24,528 nucleotides of DNA from a virus (lineage: Duplodnaviria; Caudoviricetes). The notes below the pieces were generated by a model. It was not told where the DNA came from. It ran no database searches and saw only the letters and a list, made by a program, of their open reading frames with translations. This document shows positions 1 through 8,024 of this stretch, piece after piece (the stretch's first letter is position 1; every line of letters begins with the position of its first letter). The DNA lies in the IMG/VR virus record IMGVR_UViG_3300020044_001964, positions 1-24,528 of that record. One strand, given 5' to 3'. Made by a program: the position numbers and the translations under genes.

Positions 1-2
1 GC

Positions 3-125
3 TTTGCTGGAGTTACAGGCCCAGGCGGTCTTGCGCTGTACCAGGACGGCAGCACGCAATTAACAAACGCCAATTTATCTGGTGCGCGCATCATCGGTTC
101 TGGCGCTTACTACACATCGACTTAA
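3..125 (+). CDS. 3' end (partial) of probable tail fibre/tail-associated protein
   Basis: Not in ORF track. Frame 3 is open from the window edge: ...FAGVTGPGGLALYQDGSTQLTNANLSGARIIGSGAYYTST, TAA at 123-125. Ending resembles beta-sandwich C-termini of phage fibres. Confidence 0.6.
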   Translation, partial: FAGVTGPGGLALYQDGSTQLTNANLSGARIIGSGAYYTST

Positions 126-165
126 AAAATCATTTAATAAATTTAACAACCCAGAGACCCCGCCC

Positions 166-366
166 ATGACCGACATCGACCCCGTAAAATTCGGCCTGCT
201 GATCGGCCAAGTTAAAACGCTCGAGGCGCAGGTTTCTGAGCTGCAGAGCGACATCAAGCAGCTCTTGGCGCTGGCGAATAAATCTAAAGGTTCGTTCATG
301 GCGGGTATGATGCTGGCAAGCATCTTCGGGGCCGGTGTCACTTGGACCATCAACTTTTTTCGATAG
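166..366 (+). CDS. Small coiled-coil protein with C-terminal TM helix (holin/XhlA-like architecture)
   Basis: ATG 166 preferred over GTG 82, which overlaps the upstream gene. Heptad segment VKTLEAQVSELQSDIKQLL followed by hydrophobic FMAGMMLASIFGAGVTWTINFF. Confidence 0.65.
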   Translation: MTDIDPVKFGLLIGQVKTLEAQVSELQSDIKQLLALANKSKGSFMAGMMLASIFGAGVTWTINFFR

Positions 367-375
367 AGGTCTGAT

Positions 376-675
376 ATGAGCGTAAACAATCAATTCAGCC
401 AGCGGGTTGGATCTAACCAAGTCACGACGCCTGCGGCTACCAGTGCGAGCATCACGCTAGCCGCCAACGACAAGGCCGTTCGGCTGGTGAACTCTGGCGC
501 AAACATCTGCCACGTGCGCATCGGTGAAGGTTCGCAGACGGCCACGACCGCCGACCTGCCGGTGCGGGCGGGTTCCGAGATCATCGTTCGCAAGCGCGAC
601 GGCGATGTCACCCTGGCGCATATCTCGGCAGCAGGCACGACGCTGCACGTAGCGACCGGCGAAGGCGGGCTGTGA
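376..675 (+). CDS. Small beta-rich putative virion protein
   Basis: GAGGT SD at 366-370; Ala/Thr/Gly/Val-rich 99 aa with beta-strand pattern (AVRLVNSGANICHVRIG); structural-module context. Confidence 0.6.
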   Translation: MSVNNQFSQRVGSNQVTTPAATSASITLAANDKAVRLVNSGANICHVRIGEGSQTATTADLPVRAGSEIIVRKRDGDVTLAHISAAGTTLHVATGEGGL

Positions 676-1022
676 GAGCACTTCTGGTCGCGCTGCTGTT
701 GTTGCCAATAGCAGCGCACGCTCGCTACTCGGCGACGATCGAGTGGATCGCGCCTACTTCCTACGAGGACGGCACGCCGCTCGCGCCGGAGGAGATTCTT
801 TCTTTCGAGCTGATGTACGGAACCGAGTCTGGTAACTACACCAACAGCGTGACTGTCAGCGGCGATGCGCGTGAGTTTACGGTTAGCAATCTGGCTTCCG
901 GCACTTGGTATTTCGTGGCAACGGTCACCACCGTCGAGCTTGAAACTTCGGTTATCTCGAACGAAGTCTCGCGCAAGTTCACACGCGGCAAGCCTAAGAA
1001 GCTTACTGTACGACTCAAATAA
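672..1022 (+). CDS. Secreted fibronectin type III domain protein
   Basis: GTGA overlap with upstream stop; Sec signal MRALLVALLLLPIAAHA (AxA site); FN3 hallmarks W-x-AP, YGTESGNY, NLASGTWYFVAT, S-x-x-SNEVS. Confidence 0.8.
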   Translation: MRALLVALLLLPIAAHARYSATIEWIAPTSYEDGTPLAPEEILSFELMYGTESGNYTNSVTVSGDAREFTVSNLASGTWYFVATVTTVELETSVISNEVSRKFTRGKPKKLTVRLK

Positions 1023-1043
1023 TACTGATTTAGGTGGTGCCTC

Positions 1044-1307
1044 TTGGACCAAGCATTCATCAATTGGATCATTGGCTTCGCCGGAACGATCTTCGGGATA
1101 CTCCTAAAAATCGTATGGGACGCTATCGTGAACCTGAAAAGGGACTTGTCTACCCTAGAAAATAAGATACATGACGACTTTGTCCGAAGAGAAGACTTCA
1201 AGGACATCATCTTTGATATGAAGACAGAGATGAGAAATGGATTCGGCTCTATCAACAACACCCTTGGTCTTATCTTTAAGAAGCTTGATTCCAAGGAAGA
1301 CAAGTAA
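1044..1307 (+). CDS. N-terminal TM plus coiled-coil phage membrane protein (holin-like/lysis-associated?)
   Basis: TTG start with AGGTGG SD at 1032-1037; TM FINWIIGFAGTIFGILLKIVW then charged heptads, ending KLDSKEDK. Confidence 0.65.
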   Translation: MDQAFINWIIGFAGTIFGILLKIVWDAIVNLKRDLSTLENKIHDDFVRREDFKDIIFDMKTEMRNGFGSINNTLGLIFKKLDSKEDK

Positions 1308-1310
1308 GAG

Positions 1311-3185
1311 ATGCCCTACTCAAAGATCCAGTTCAAGCCCGGAATCGTAAGAGACCCGACTGCTTACTCAAGTCAGGGCGCATGGTACGACTGCAACCTT
1401 GTCAGGTTTCGGCTTGGCTACCCCGAGTCTATTGGAGGGTGGCAGAAAGAGTATGGCGGTGAGTCTTTCGATGGGTCTTGTCGTTCAATCATCCGGTGGT
1501 CAACTCTCACCGGAGAAGACCTTATAGGCTTTGGAACGACATACAAATACTATGTCGAGCGCGGGGGCGGCTTCTCAAACATCACCCCTCTTCGCCTTGT
1601 GACTGCACTTGGTAGCAATCCGTTTTCTATCTCCAACGGATCAAACTCTCTTCTTGTGACCCACAACTCGCACGGGGCCACTCAGTATTCTTTTGTTTCT
1701 TTTCAGTTCTCAGACAGTCTTGGTGGCAACGTAACAGCAAGCGTCTTGAATCAAGAACATCAGATATCTGAGATTGTTGATCAAAACTCATACAGGATAA
1801 TCCTACCCGTCACTGCGAATGCTTCTGACACTGGCGGCGGTGGCAGCGCTGTAAACGCCTATTACCAATTAAACGTAGGCTACAACACTCAGGTTGGCGG
1901 TCCCGGCTGGGGAGCTTCTGCTTGGGGTGGCCCCGCTATTTTCGGATCTGTTGCTTGGGGTCAGGCTGCCAGCACAAACACAACGGCGTCTCTACGCATA
2001 TGGGCTCATGACAACTTCGGCGAAGATCTGGTTTTCTGTATCAGGAATGGCGGCATCTACTACTTTGATGTAACCAATGGGTACACAACCCCTGCCGTCC
2101 CACTCAATTCCCTGAGCGGCGATTCATCTACTCCGACCATTGCAACTCAAGTTCTTGTCTCTGATAGAGACCGACATGTGATTGCTTTTGGCGCTAACTA
2201 TGGCGGATCAACTTCACAAGACCCGCTGAGGATTAGGTTCTCTGATCAATTAAACGCATTTGTCTGGACGCCTTCTGCAACGAATACGGCTGGTGATCTT
2301 TATCTTGGCTCTGGCACCAAGATTGTTAGGGCTCTTGAGACAAAGAGAGAGATCCTAGTTTGGACGGACGTCTCTCTTTACTCGATGCAGTTCATCGGCC
2401 CGCCGTTTACTTTCGGCATCCAGCAGATCTCTACAAAAATAACGACCGTTGGGTTTAACGCTTTTGCCGCCGTCGAAGACACGGTCTTCTGGATGGGGCT
2501 CAACGGCTTCTATACCTACTCCGGTCAGGTTGAGCAGATTCCGTGCCCCGTGAAGGACTACGTGTTCTCTGACTTCAACTACAACCAGTCGGACAAGGTT
2601 TTCGCTGGTGTAGATTCTCAGTTCTCAGAGGTGATCTGGTTCTATCCTTCAGAGGAATCGGAAGAGAACGACAAATATGTAATTTATAACTACCAAGACA
2701 ATGCTTGGTATTACGGATCCCTTGCTCGCACCGCTTGGCTTGACACTGGCGACTCTCAGTTCCCTCTAGCAACTGGCGCTGACAACATCTTCTACCGCCA
2801 CGACAATGGGACTGACGATGGAAGCACTTCTCCGTCAACGCCACTGAACTCTTACATTGAGTCCGCCCCCTTCGAGCTTGGGGAGGGCGACGACTCTATG
2901 TTCATTAAAACAATTATTCCTGATATAAAGTTTTACGAATCAACAGACAGCCCTCAAGCGCAGATGACTCTTATGACTCAGCGCTATCCGGGGGCTTCGT
3001 ATGACGAGACCCTGACCTCAAACGTAAACAGGGTCGCTCAAGTTCCTGTCGAGCAGTTCACACAGCGTGTAAACGTCAGACTTCGCGGGAGACAGGCGAC
3101 TCTCAAGGTCTCCTCCAACAAGGTTGGGACACGCTGGATTCTTGGCGCTCCTCGTTTAGACATGCAGCCTGATGGTGGTCGGTGA
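1311..3185 (+). CDS. Tail nozzle/stabilisation protein (P22 gp10/T7 gp12 positional analogue, beta-propeller)
   Basis: 624 aa; N-terminus KIQFKPGIVRD...WYDCNLVRFRLGYPESIGGW recognised from aquatic podovirus tail proteins; propeller-type repeats (IRFSDQ, ILVWTD, VFWMG, VIWFYPS); C-terminal VRLRGRQ. Confidence 0.75.
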   Translation: MPYSKIQFKPGIVRDPTAYSSQGAWYDCNLVRFRLGYPESIGGWQKEYGGESFDGSCRSIIRWSTLTGEDLIGFGTTYKYYVERGGGFSNITPLRLVTALGSNPFSISNGSNSLLVTHNSHGATQYSFVSFQFSDSLGGNVTASVLNQEHQISEIVDQNSYRIILPVTANASDTGGGGSAVNAYYQLNVGYNTQVGGPGWGASAWGGPAIFGSVAWGQAASTNTTASLRIWAHDNFGEDLVFCIRNGGIYYFDVTNGYTTPAVPLNSLSGDSSTPTIATQVLVSDRDRHVIAFGANYGGSTSQDPLRIRFSDQLNAFVWTPSATNTAGDLYLGSGTKIVRALETKREILVWTDVSLYSMQFIGPPFTFGIQQISTKITTVGFNAFAAVEDTVFWMGLNGFYTYSGQVEQIPCPVKDYVFSDFNYNQSDKVFAGVDSQFSEVIWFYPSEESEENDKYVIYNYQDNAWYYGSLARTAWLDTGDSQFPLATGADNIFYRHDNGTDDGSTSPSTPLNSYIESAPFELGEGDDSMFIKTIIPDIKFYESTDSPQAQMTLMTQRYPGASYDETLTSNVNRVAQVPVEQFTQRVNVRLRGRQATLKVSSNKVGTRWILGAPRLDMQPDGGR

Positions 3186-4285
3186 TGGATAGAAGGCTTT
3201 CTTATCCTTCTATTCCCAACCCGCCAAAGGTTTATAGCCAGAGTCACATGTTTGACCTGACCAGATCCATCAATGATCTGATCACGTATATTCGCGCCGC
3301 AGGCCAAGGCAGGAACTCGTCTCTTGTTCTTACCAACTCCCCAACACAAGAGGTTGGGCTAGAGCCCGGAACAATCTACGACGACCTTGGCGTTCTCCGT
3401 ATAGCTCATGGCAGCCAGTACCCTGAGCCTATTGGCGCTCCTGTTTATATGCGGATCTACAACAACAGTGGATCAACCATCAACAAGGGCGTTTGTGTAG
3501 GGTTTTCTGGCGTCAACGCTATCAATGGTTTTATCGAGGCCGCTCCGTATCTTGCGGATGGCGCTACGCCTACCCTCTACTTCATTGGCGTCACTAACGA
3601 AACGATCATCAATGGCGCTTTTGGCGTTGTCATTACGTGGGGCATTGTCTCCGGCATTGATACTTCCGCGTTTTCTGTTGGCAATGTTCTTTATGCCAGC
3701 CCTTCTACTGCCGGGGCGTTTACTGCAACTAAGCCGACAGCGGCAGACAACGTCATCCCAGTGGCCGCATGCTTGATCGACAACTCTTCGACTGGCGCTG
3801 TATTTGTTAGGCCGACCATTGAGCAGCAGAAGTACTACGGAGAGTTCACAAAGACTTCCAATCAAACGGTCGCGGCGATAGATACTGCCTACGCAATATC
3901 TTGGGATAACACCGAGATAGCAGAAGGCGTTTCCTTGACGGGCAGTCCGCTTACAAGGCTAACCGTGGCTAACTCTGGTCTTTATCAATTCAATGTCACC
4001 TACCAGATAGCAAGCGGATCTGCTAGCGCAAAAGACGCGAGGTTTTGGTTCAAAAGAAACGGAACCACAAACTACGCAAACTCAACAAGGATAATGACAA
4101 CCGACGTAAATAATGGGTACATGGCATTATCTACTAGTGAGTTTTTTTCTTTGGATGCAAACGATTACGTTGAGTGCATGTGGGCATCAAACGATACAAA
4201 CGTATCTCTTTCTGCTGTCGCGTCCACTGCGTATTGTCCTGCGGCTCCTGCTGGCGTTATCTCTGTAACCCAGATACAGCAGTAG
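3185..4285 (+). CDS. Tail needle/fibre-like protein with C-terminal C1q/TNF-like domain
   Basis: TGATG coupling gives ATG 3185 (GTG 3182 alternative). N-terminal attachment segment, middle beta domain (NNSGSTINKG...GNVLYAS), C1q-like tail (RLTVANSGLYQFNVTYQ, WFKRNG, LDANDYVE). Confidence 0.7.
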   Translation: MDRRLSYPSIPNPPKVYSQSHMFDLTRSINDLITYIRAAGQGRNSSLVLTNSPTQEVGLEPGTIYDDLGVLRIAHGSQYPEPIGAPVYMRIYNNSGSTINKGVCVGFSGVNAINGFIEAAPYLADGATPTLYFIGVTNETIINGAFGVVITWGIVSGIDTSAFSVGNVLYASPSTAGAFTATKPTAADNVIPVAACLIDNSSTGAVFVRPTIEQQKYYGEFTKTSNQTVAAIDTAYAISWDNTEIAEGVSLTGSPLTRLTVANSGLYQFNVTYQIASGSASAKDARFWFKRNGTTNYANSTRIMTTDVNNGYMALSTSEFFSLDANDYVECMWASNDTNVSLSAVASTAYCPAAPAGVISVTQIQQ

Positions 4286-4359
4286 ATGTTGTTTGAAATT
4301 TAAACATCTCTGAATCAGAATCTGTTTGTTTAGCCTGAATTTTTGGTTGAGGAATAAAA

Positions 4360-6618
4360 ATGCTGAACTTCTACAACACTCCATCCATCCCGTCTGGGAT
4401 TGGTGGCCTTTACAACCGGGCTCCTATGTCTGGTCAGCCTATGCAAAATATGCAGCAGCCTCAAGGCAACATGTTTCAGGCCATTCAAAATCCTTATAGC
4501 TCCGGGATCGGGTCTTTGCCTGTTCCGTATGGGGATAATCAACGATTTTATGGCCGCCCGGTTGGGATGGCTGGCGGCGGCATGACTCCTTATAAGGACG
4601 TTGCTGATCAACTGTCTTCAATGGGTCGGTATGGCGACAGCATGCTTGTTCACATGAACCCGGAAGAGGTTCGTGGTCTGGCATCTCTTTCCCCAACCGG
4701 TCAATTGACCACCAATCCAGAGACGGGTCAGCCAGAAGCATTCCTTCCGCTGCTTGCTCCTCTTATTGGATCTTGGCTTGGCGGCACGGCGGCTACCGCT
4801 CTAGGGTCAAGCGCCCTTCTTGGATCCTCTATCGGCTCCGGCTTGGCTACTTGGGCTGCCACTGGCGATCTGAAGCAAGGAATTCTTTCTGGCATAACCG
4901 GATATGGTCTTGGTTCTGCTTTTGGAGCGGCAGGAGGAGAGGCTGCAAAAGAAGCAGCAAAAGCTGTTGCGCCAACAGCAGCAGAATCTGCGGCAAAAAC
5001 AGCAATTGAAGCCATCCCTGAGAGCGCGTTTACAGGCAGCACTCAAAAAATAGCCGAAATGGGCGCACAAACAGCAGCAGAAACTGCCGCCTCTAACGCT
5101 GCGTCATCTGCTTTGCCGCAAGCAGGCTCAATGGCTGAAGCTATTAGCAAGTCTTTGCCGCCTAGCGGGGCTCCTCTTCCTCCAGTTAATGTCCCTACCG
5201 TTCCTCAAAGCGTTGTTAGTTCTATCCCTGTCGCCTCTGAAGCAATTGCTCCAACTGCTGGTCAATATTTCAAAGCTCCGTTTACACAGCCCGGAGCTTT
5301 CATGAGCAAGCTTGCGAGTCGAGAAATGATTCTTCCGTATCTGGCAGAAAGCCAGAACGCGGAGATGAGGGCTCAAGAAGAGCTGGACAAAATGGATTCT
5401 CTTTCCGCTAGAAACCGGCGGGCAGAACTGAATCGAAGCCGCCAACAGATATCGGACGCTCTGGCTGCTTCACGTTACAGCTATCCTCGAATGGCTGATG
5501 GCGGCATCACGACTATCGGTAACTTCTTTCCGATCAGTATCCCGAGCCAGTACACGACCCCAGTAAGCCCGATTGATCCTGCTTATTCCGTTGGCCTTCC
5601 TCCCGCTATAGACACTTCCAAAATGGGCAAGCGGGCTAGAAAGCGTTACGAGAAGCAGCGGGCTCAACAGACACAAGCATTCCTAGCAAACCCGGCACCG
5701 ACTCAGGGATCTTTGCGTGGATCGATTAGTGTAGCTCCACCTCAAGTTAGCTATGACGCGCTTCATGTTGGCGGTCAGGGGTATATGCCCGGCATTTCTC
5801 CTCAGTTCTCTTACTTCAGGGACAGAACTCCGGGGATGACGGATGAAGAAGTTGCCGCAATGCAAGCAGCTCCCGCCGCTACTGGAATGCAGGTCAGTGA
5901 TCAGTTCCTTGGTCAGGGATTCCTCAACAGGCAGGCGGCACCTCAGAAGTCTGCCTTTAGTTCCTTGGTCGAGTCTTATGCTGGTCCTGATATAGCTGGC
6001 GGCCCTAGCCGTTCAGAAAGGCTTTCGGCGTACCTTGCTCAAGGCAACCCGCAACCCAAGCCAGCCCCGGTTACGGGCATGGCGGAAGGTGGGATCACTG
6101 ATGTTGTGGCCCAGCCGGGATCTCCCGAGCAGATGATGATGGAAGAAATGGCTTCTAGCGTCATGCCGGAAGAGGGCATGAGTGAGCGAGAGATGATGTC
6201 TCGCGAATACGACAACCTGATCAGGATGACCGCAAAAGCCATCCTTGGGATGGTTGAAGATCCCGAGATCGTCATCGAGCAATTCATTTCAGAGTATGGT
6301 CAGGAAGCGTTTAACAACCTTCGTAAAGAGGTTTTGAACAGCGCTGTTCCCGGCGCTCAAACGGACGGAATGATCTCTGGTCCGGGCGGCGGAATGGATG
6401 ACATGGTTCCCGGAATGATTGGCGCTATACAGCCTGTAGCCGTTTCTCCGGGCGAATACATTGTCCCCGCTGACGTTGTATCAGGCCTTGGAGATGGCAG
6501 CTCTGAAGAAGGCGGAAGGCGTTTAGATAATCTCCTGAAGAAGGTTAGAATGGACCGGACGGGGACGTCACGGCAACCGCCGCCTGTATCCAAAGCATAC
6601 ATGGGAGGACTTGTATGA
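4360..6618 (+). CDS. Putative internal virion/ejection (cargo) protein with glycine-zipper segment and MAxGG repeats
   Basis: GAGG SD; Ala/Gly/Pro/Ser-rich; GRYGDSMLVHMNPEE...TTNPETGQPEAF block; hydrophobic Gly zipper; C-terminal GPGGGMDD...PGEYIVPADVV domain. Confidence 0.7.
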   Translation: MLNFYNTPSIPSGIGGLYNRAPMSGQPMQNMQQPQGNMFQAIQNPYSSGIGSLPVPYGDNQRFYGRPVGMAGGGMTPYKDVADQLSSMGRYGDSMLVHMNPEEVRGLASLSPTGQLTTNPETGQPEAFLPLLAPLIGSWLGGTAATALGSSALLGSSIGSGLATWAATGDLKQGILSGITGYGLGSAFGAAGGEAAKEAAKAVAPTAAESAAKTAIEAIPESAFTGSTQKIAEMGAQTAAETAASNAASSALPQAGSMAEAISKSLPPSGAPLPPVNVPTVPQSVVSSIPVASEAIAPTAGQYFKAPFTQPGAFMSKLASREMILPYLAESQNAEMRAQEELDKMDSLSARNRRAELNRSRQQISDALAASRYSYPRMADGGITTIGNFFPISIPSQYTTPVSPIDPAYSVGLPPAIDTSKMGKRARKRYEKQRAQQTQAFLANPAPTQGSLRGSISVAPPQVSYDALHVGGQGYMPGISPQFSYFRDRTPGMTDEEVAAMQAAPAATGMQVSDQFLGQGFLNRQAAPQKSAFSSLVESYAGPDIAGGPSRSERLSAYLAQGNPQPKPAPVTGMAEGGITDVVAQPGSPEQMMMEEMASSVMPEEGMSEREMMSREYDNLIRMTAKAILGMVEDPEIVIEQFISEYGQEAFNNLRKEVLNSAVPGAQTDGMISGPGGGMDDMVPGMIGAIQPVAVSPGEYIVPADVVSGLGDGSSEEGGRRLDNLLKKVRMDRTGTSRQPPPVSKAYMGGLV

Positions 6619-7073
6619 ATGCTGTTCTGAAGGATGAAGTTCCAGATAGTCGGTTGAATTACTCGATAGCTCTGGTTCCTCCTTCTGACATCAAAGATAT
6701 TTGGGACCGAGTCAATCATTTCCTTGAGCCCGCTGTCGAAAGGTCGAACGGGCGATGGGAAATGAATGCCCTGTACGAATCGCTAGAGAACTTTAACCAG
6801 CATCTCTGGCTTATCTTTGATGAATTTAAACGTATTCATGCTGCGGCTGTAACCCAGATGGTTACTTACCCCGCCAAGTCGATGATGGTCATCGAGTTCA
6901 TTGGCGGCAAAGGTGTTAAGTACTGGGTGGATGACTTTGTTCAGCTCATTGAACAGTGGGCAAAAGACAATGGATGTAGTGGCGTCGAGGCTACGGCCCG
7001 CTTTGGCTTTTGGAAGTGGCTTGAAAGTCACAACTACGACAAGGCATACACCGTTTTTGAAAAAAGGTTTTAA
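6615..7073 (+). CDS. GNAT-fold virion assembly protein (P22 gp14/T7 gp13 positional analogue)
   Basis: ATGA overlap, GGAGG SD; IEFIGG...IEQWAKDNGCSGVEATARFGFWKWL pattern typical of phage GNAT-like proteins between tail and ejection genes. Confidence 0.7.
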   Translation: MNAVLKDEVPDSRLNYSIALVPPSDIKDIWDRVNHFLEPAVERSNGRWEMNALYESLENFNQHLWLIFDEFKRIHAAAVTQMVTYPAKSMMVIEFIGGKGVKYWVDDFVQLIEQWAKDNGCSGVEATARFGFWKWLESHNYDKAYTVFEKRF

Positions 7074-7076
7074 GAC

Positions 7077-8021
7077 ATGAGTAAAGGCGGATCTGCTCCA
7101 AAGACCACAAGCCAGACAACGACTCAGACAAACATTCCTGAATACGCTCGCCCGTATTTTGAGAACCTTCTTGGGCGGACGGTATTTGAAACGAACCGCC
7201 CATACGAGCCTTACAAAGGCCAGCGCATAGCTCAGTTCAGCCCTTACGAAACCGCTGCAATGCAGGGCATTGCTGGTCTTCAGGCTCCAGAAGAGTATGA
7301 CGTATCGTCTGCTGTTGCAGGGAATGTAGCTCTTGCTCCCATGAGGGAGTCTGGCTTCCAAGCTGGAAGCGTCACCGATCCGGGAATGCTTCAGCGGTAC
7401 ATGGACCCGTATCAGCAGATGGTCACGAACATTCAGAAGCGAGAGGCTATCCGCCAGTCGCAAATGTATGCTCCTGAGATTGCTGGTCAGGCTGTATCTG
7501 CTGGCGCTTTTGGTGGATCTAGAGAAGCGATCATGCAGGCGGAGCGAGAGAGGAATCTCGCCCAGCAACTCCAAGACATTCAGGCTCAGGGTGATACCGC
7601 CGCGTATGCTCAGGCGCTTCAGTCTTACGAAGCCGACCGAGCTGCTCGCCAGATGGAGGAGCAGCTTGGGGCCGCCGCCTACGGAGAGGGTATTGCTAAT
7701 CGCCTTCAAGCCGCAGGGCTTATGAGCGACTTTGGAGCACGCAGGTTCGAGAACGAAGCTGATCGACTGAAGATGTTGCAAGCCGCAGGCGAAACTCAGC
7801 GAGCCCTTGCTCAGAGAGGCCTTGATGTAGGTTATCAGGACTATCTTGCAGAACTTGGATTCCCAAGGGAGTCATTGGCTTTTTATAGCTCGATTCTTCA
7901 GGGTCTTCCTATTCAGCCGGGTTCGACGGTTTCTTCCTATGGCGGCCCAAGCGCAGAGCAACAAGCTTTGGGCTCTGGGATCAGTGGCGTAGCTCTGTAC
8001 AACGCTTTGCGTGGCGGTTAA
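7077..8021 (+). CDS. DNA ejection/transfer protein (P22 gp7-like position)
   Basis: MSKGG + Thr-rich N-terminus, IPEYARPY, YMDPYQQMV, AGAFGGSR motifs, Gln/Ala helical body, C-terminal Gly-rich hydrophobic helix. Confidence 0.7.
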   Translation: MSKGGSAPKTTSQTTTQTNIPEYARPYFENLLGRTVFETNRPYEPYKGQRIAQFSPYETAAMQGIAGLQAPEEYDVSSAVAGNVALAPMRESGFQAGSVTDPGMLQRYMDPYQQMVTNIQKREAIRQSQMYAPEIAGQAVSAGAFGGSREAIMQAERERNLAQQLQDIQAQGDTAAYAQALQSYEADRAARQMEEQLGAAAYGEGIANRLQAAGLMSDFGARRFENEADRLKMLQAAGETQRALAQRGLDVGYQDYLAELGFPRESLAFYSSILQGLPIQPGSTVSSYGGPSAEQQALGSGISGVALYNALRGG

Positions 8022-8024
8022 ACA

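Noticed and set aside
390-1303. Minus-strand ORFs of 220 and 155 aa
   Set aside because: Shadows of three coupled plus-strand genes that have SD sites or stop-start overlaps and recognisable features.
4284-4359. Imperfect inverted repeat in the AT-rich gap before the 752-aa gene as late promoter or terminator
   Set aside because: Weak AT stem, no clear U-tract or consensus, and no second copy seen before other late genes.
6783-7781. 332-aa minus-strand ORF
   Set aside because: Antisense to two well-supported virion genes, no motifs, Ser/Leu/Arg-rich shadow composition.
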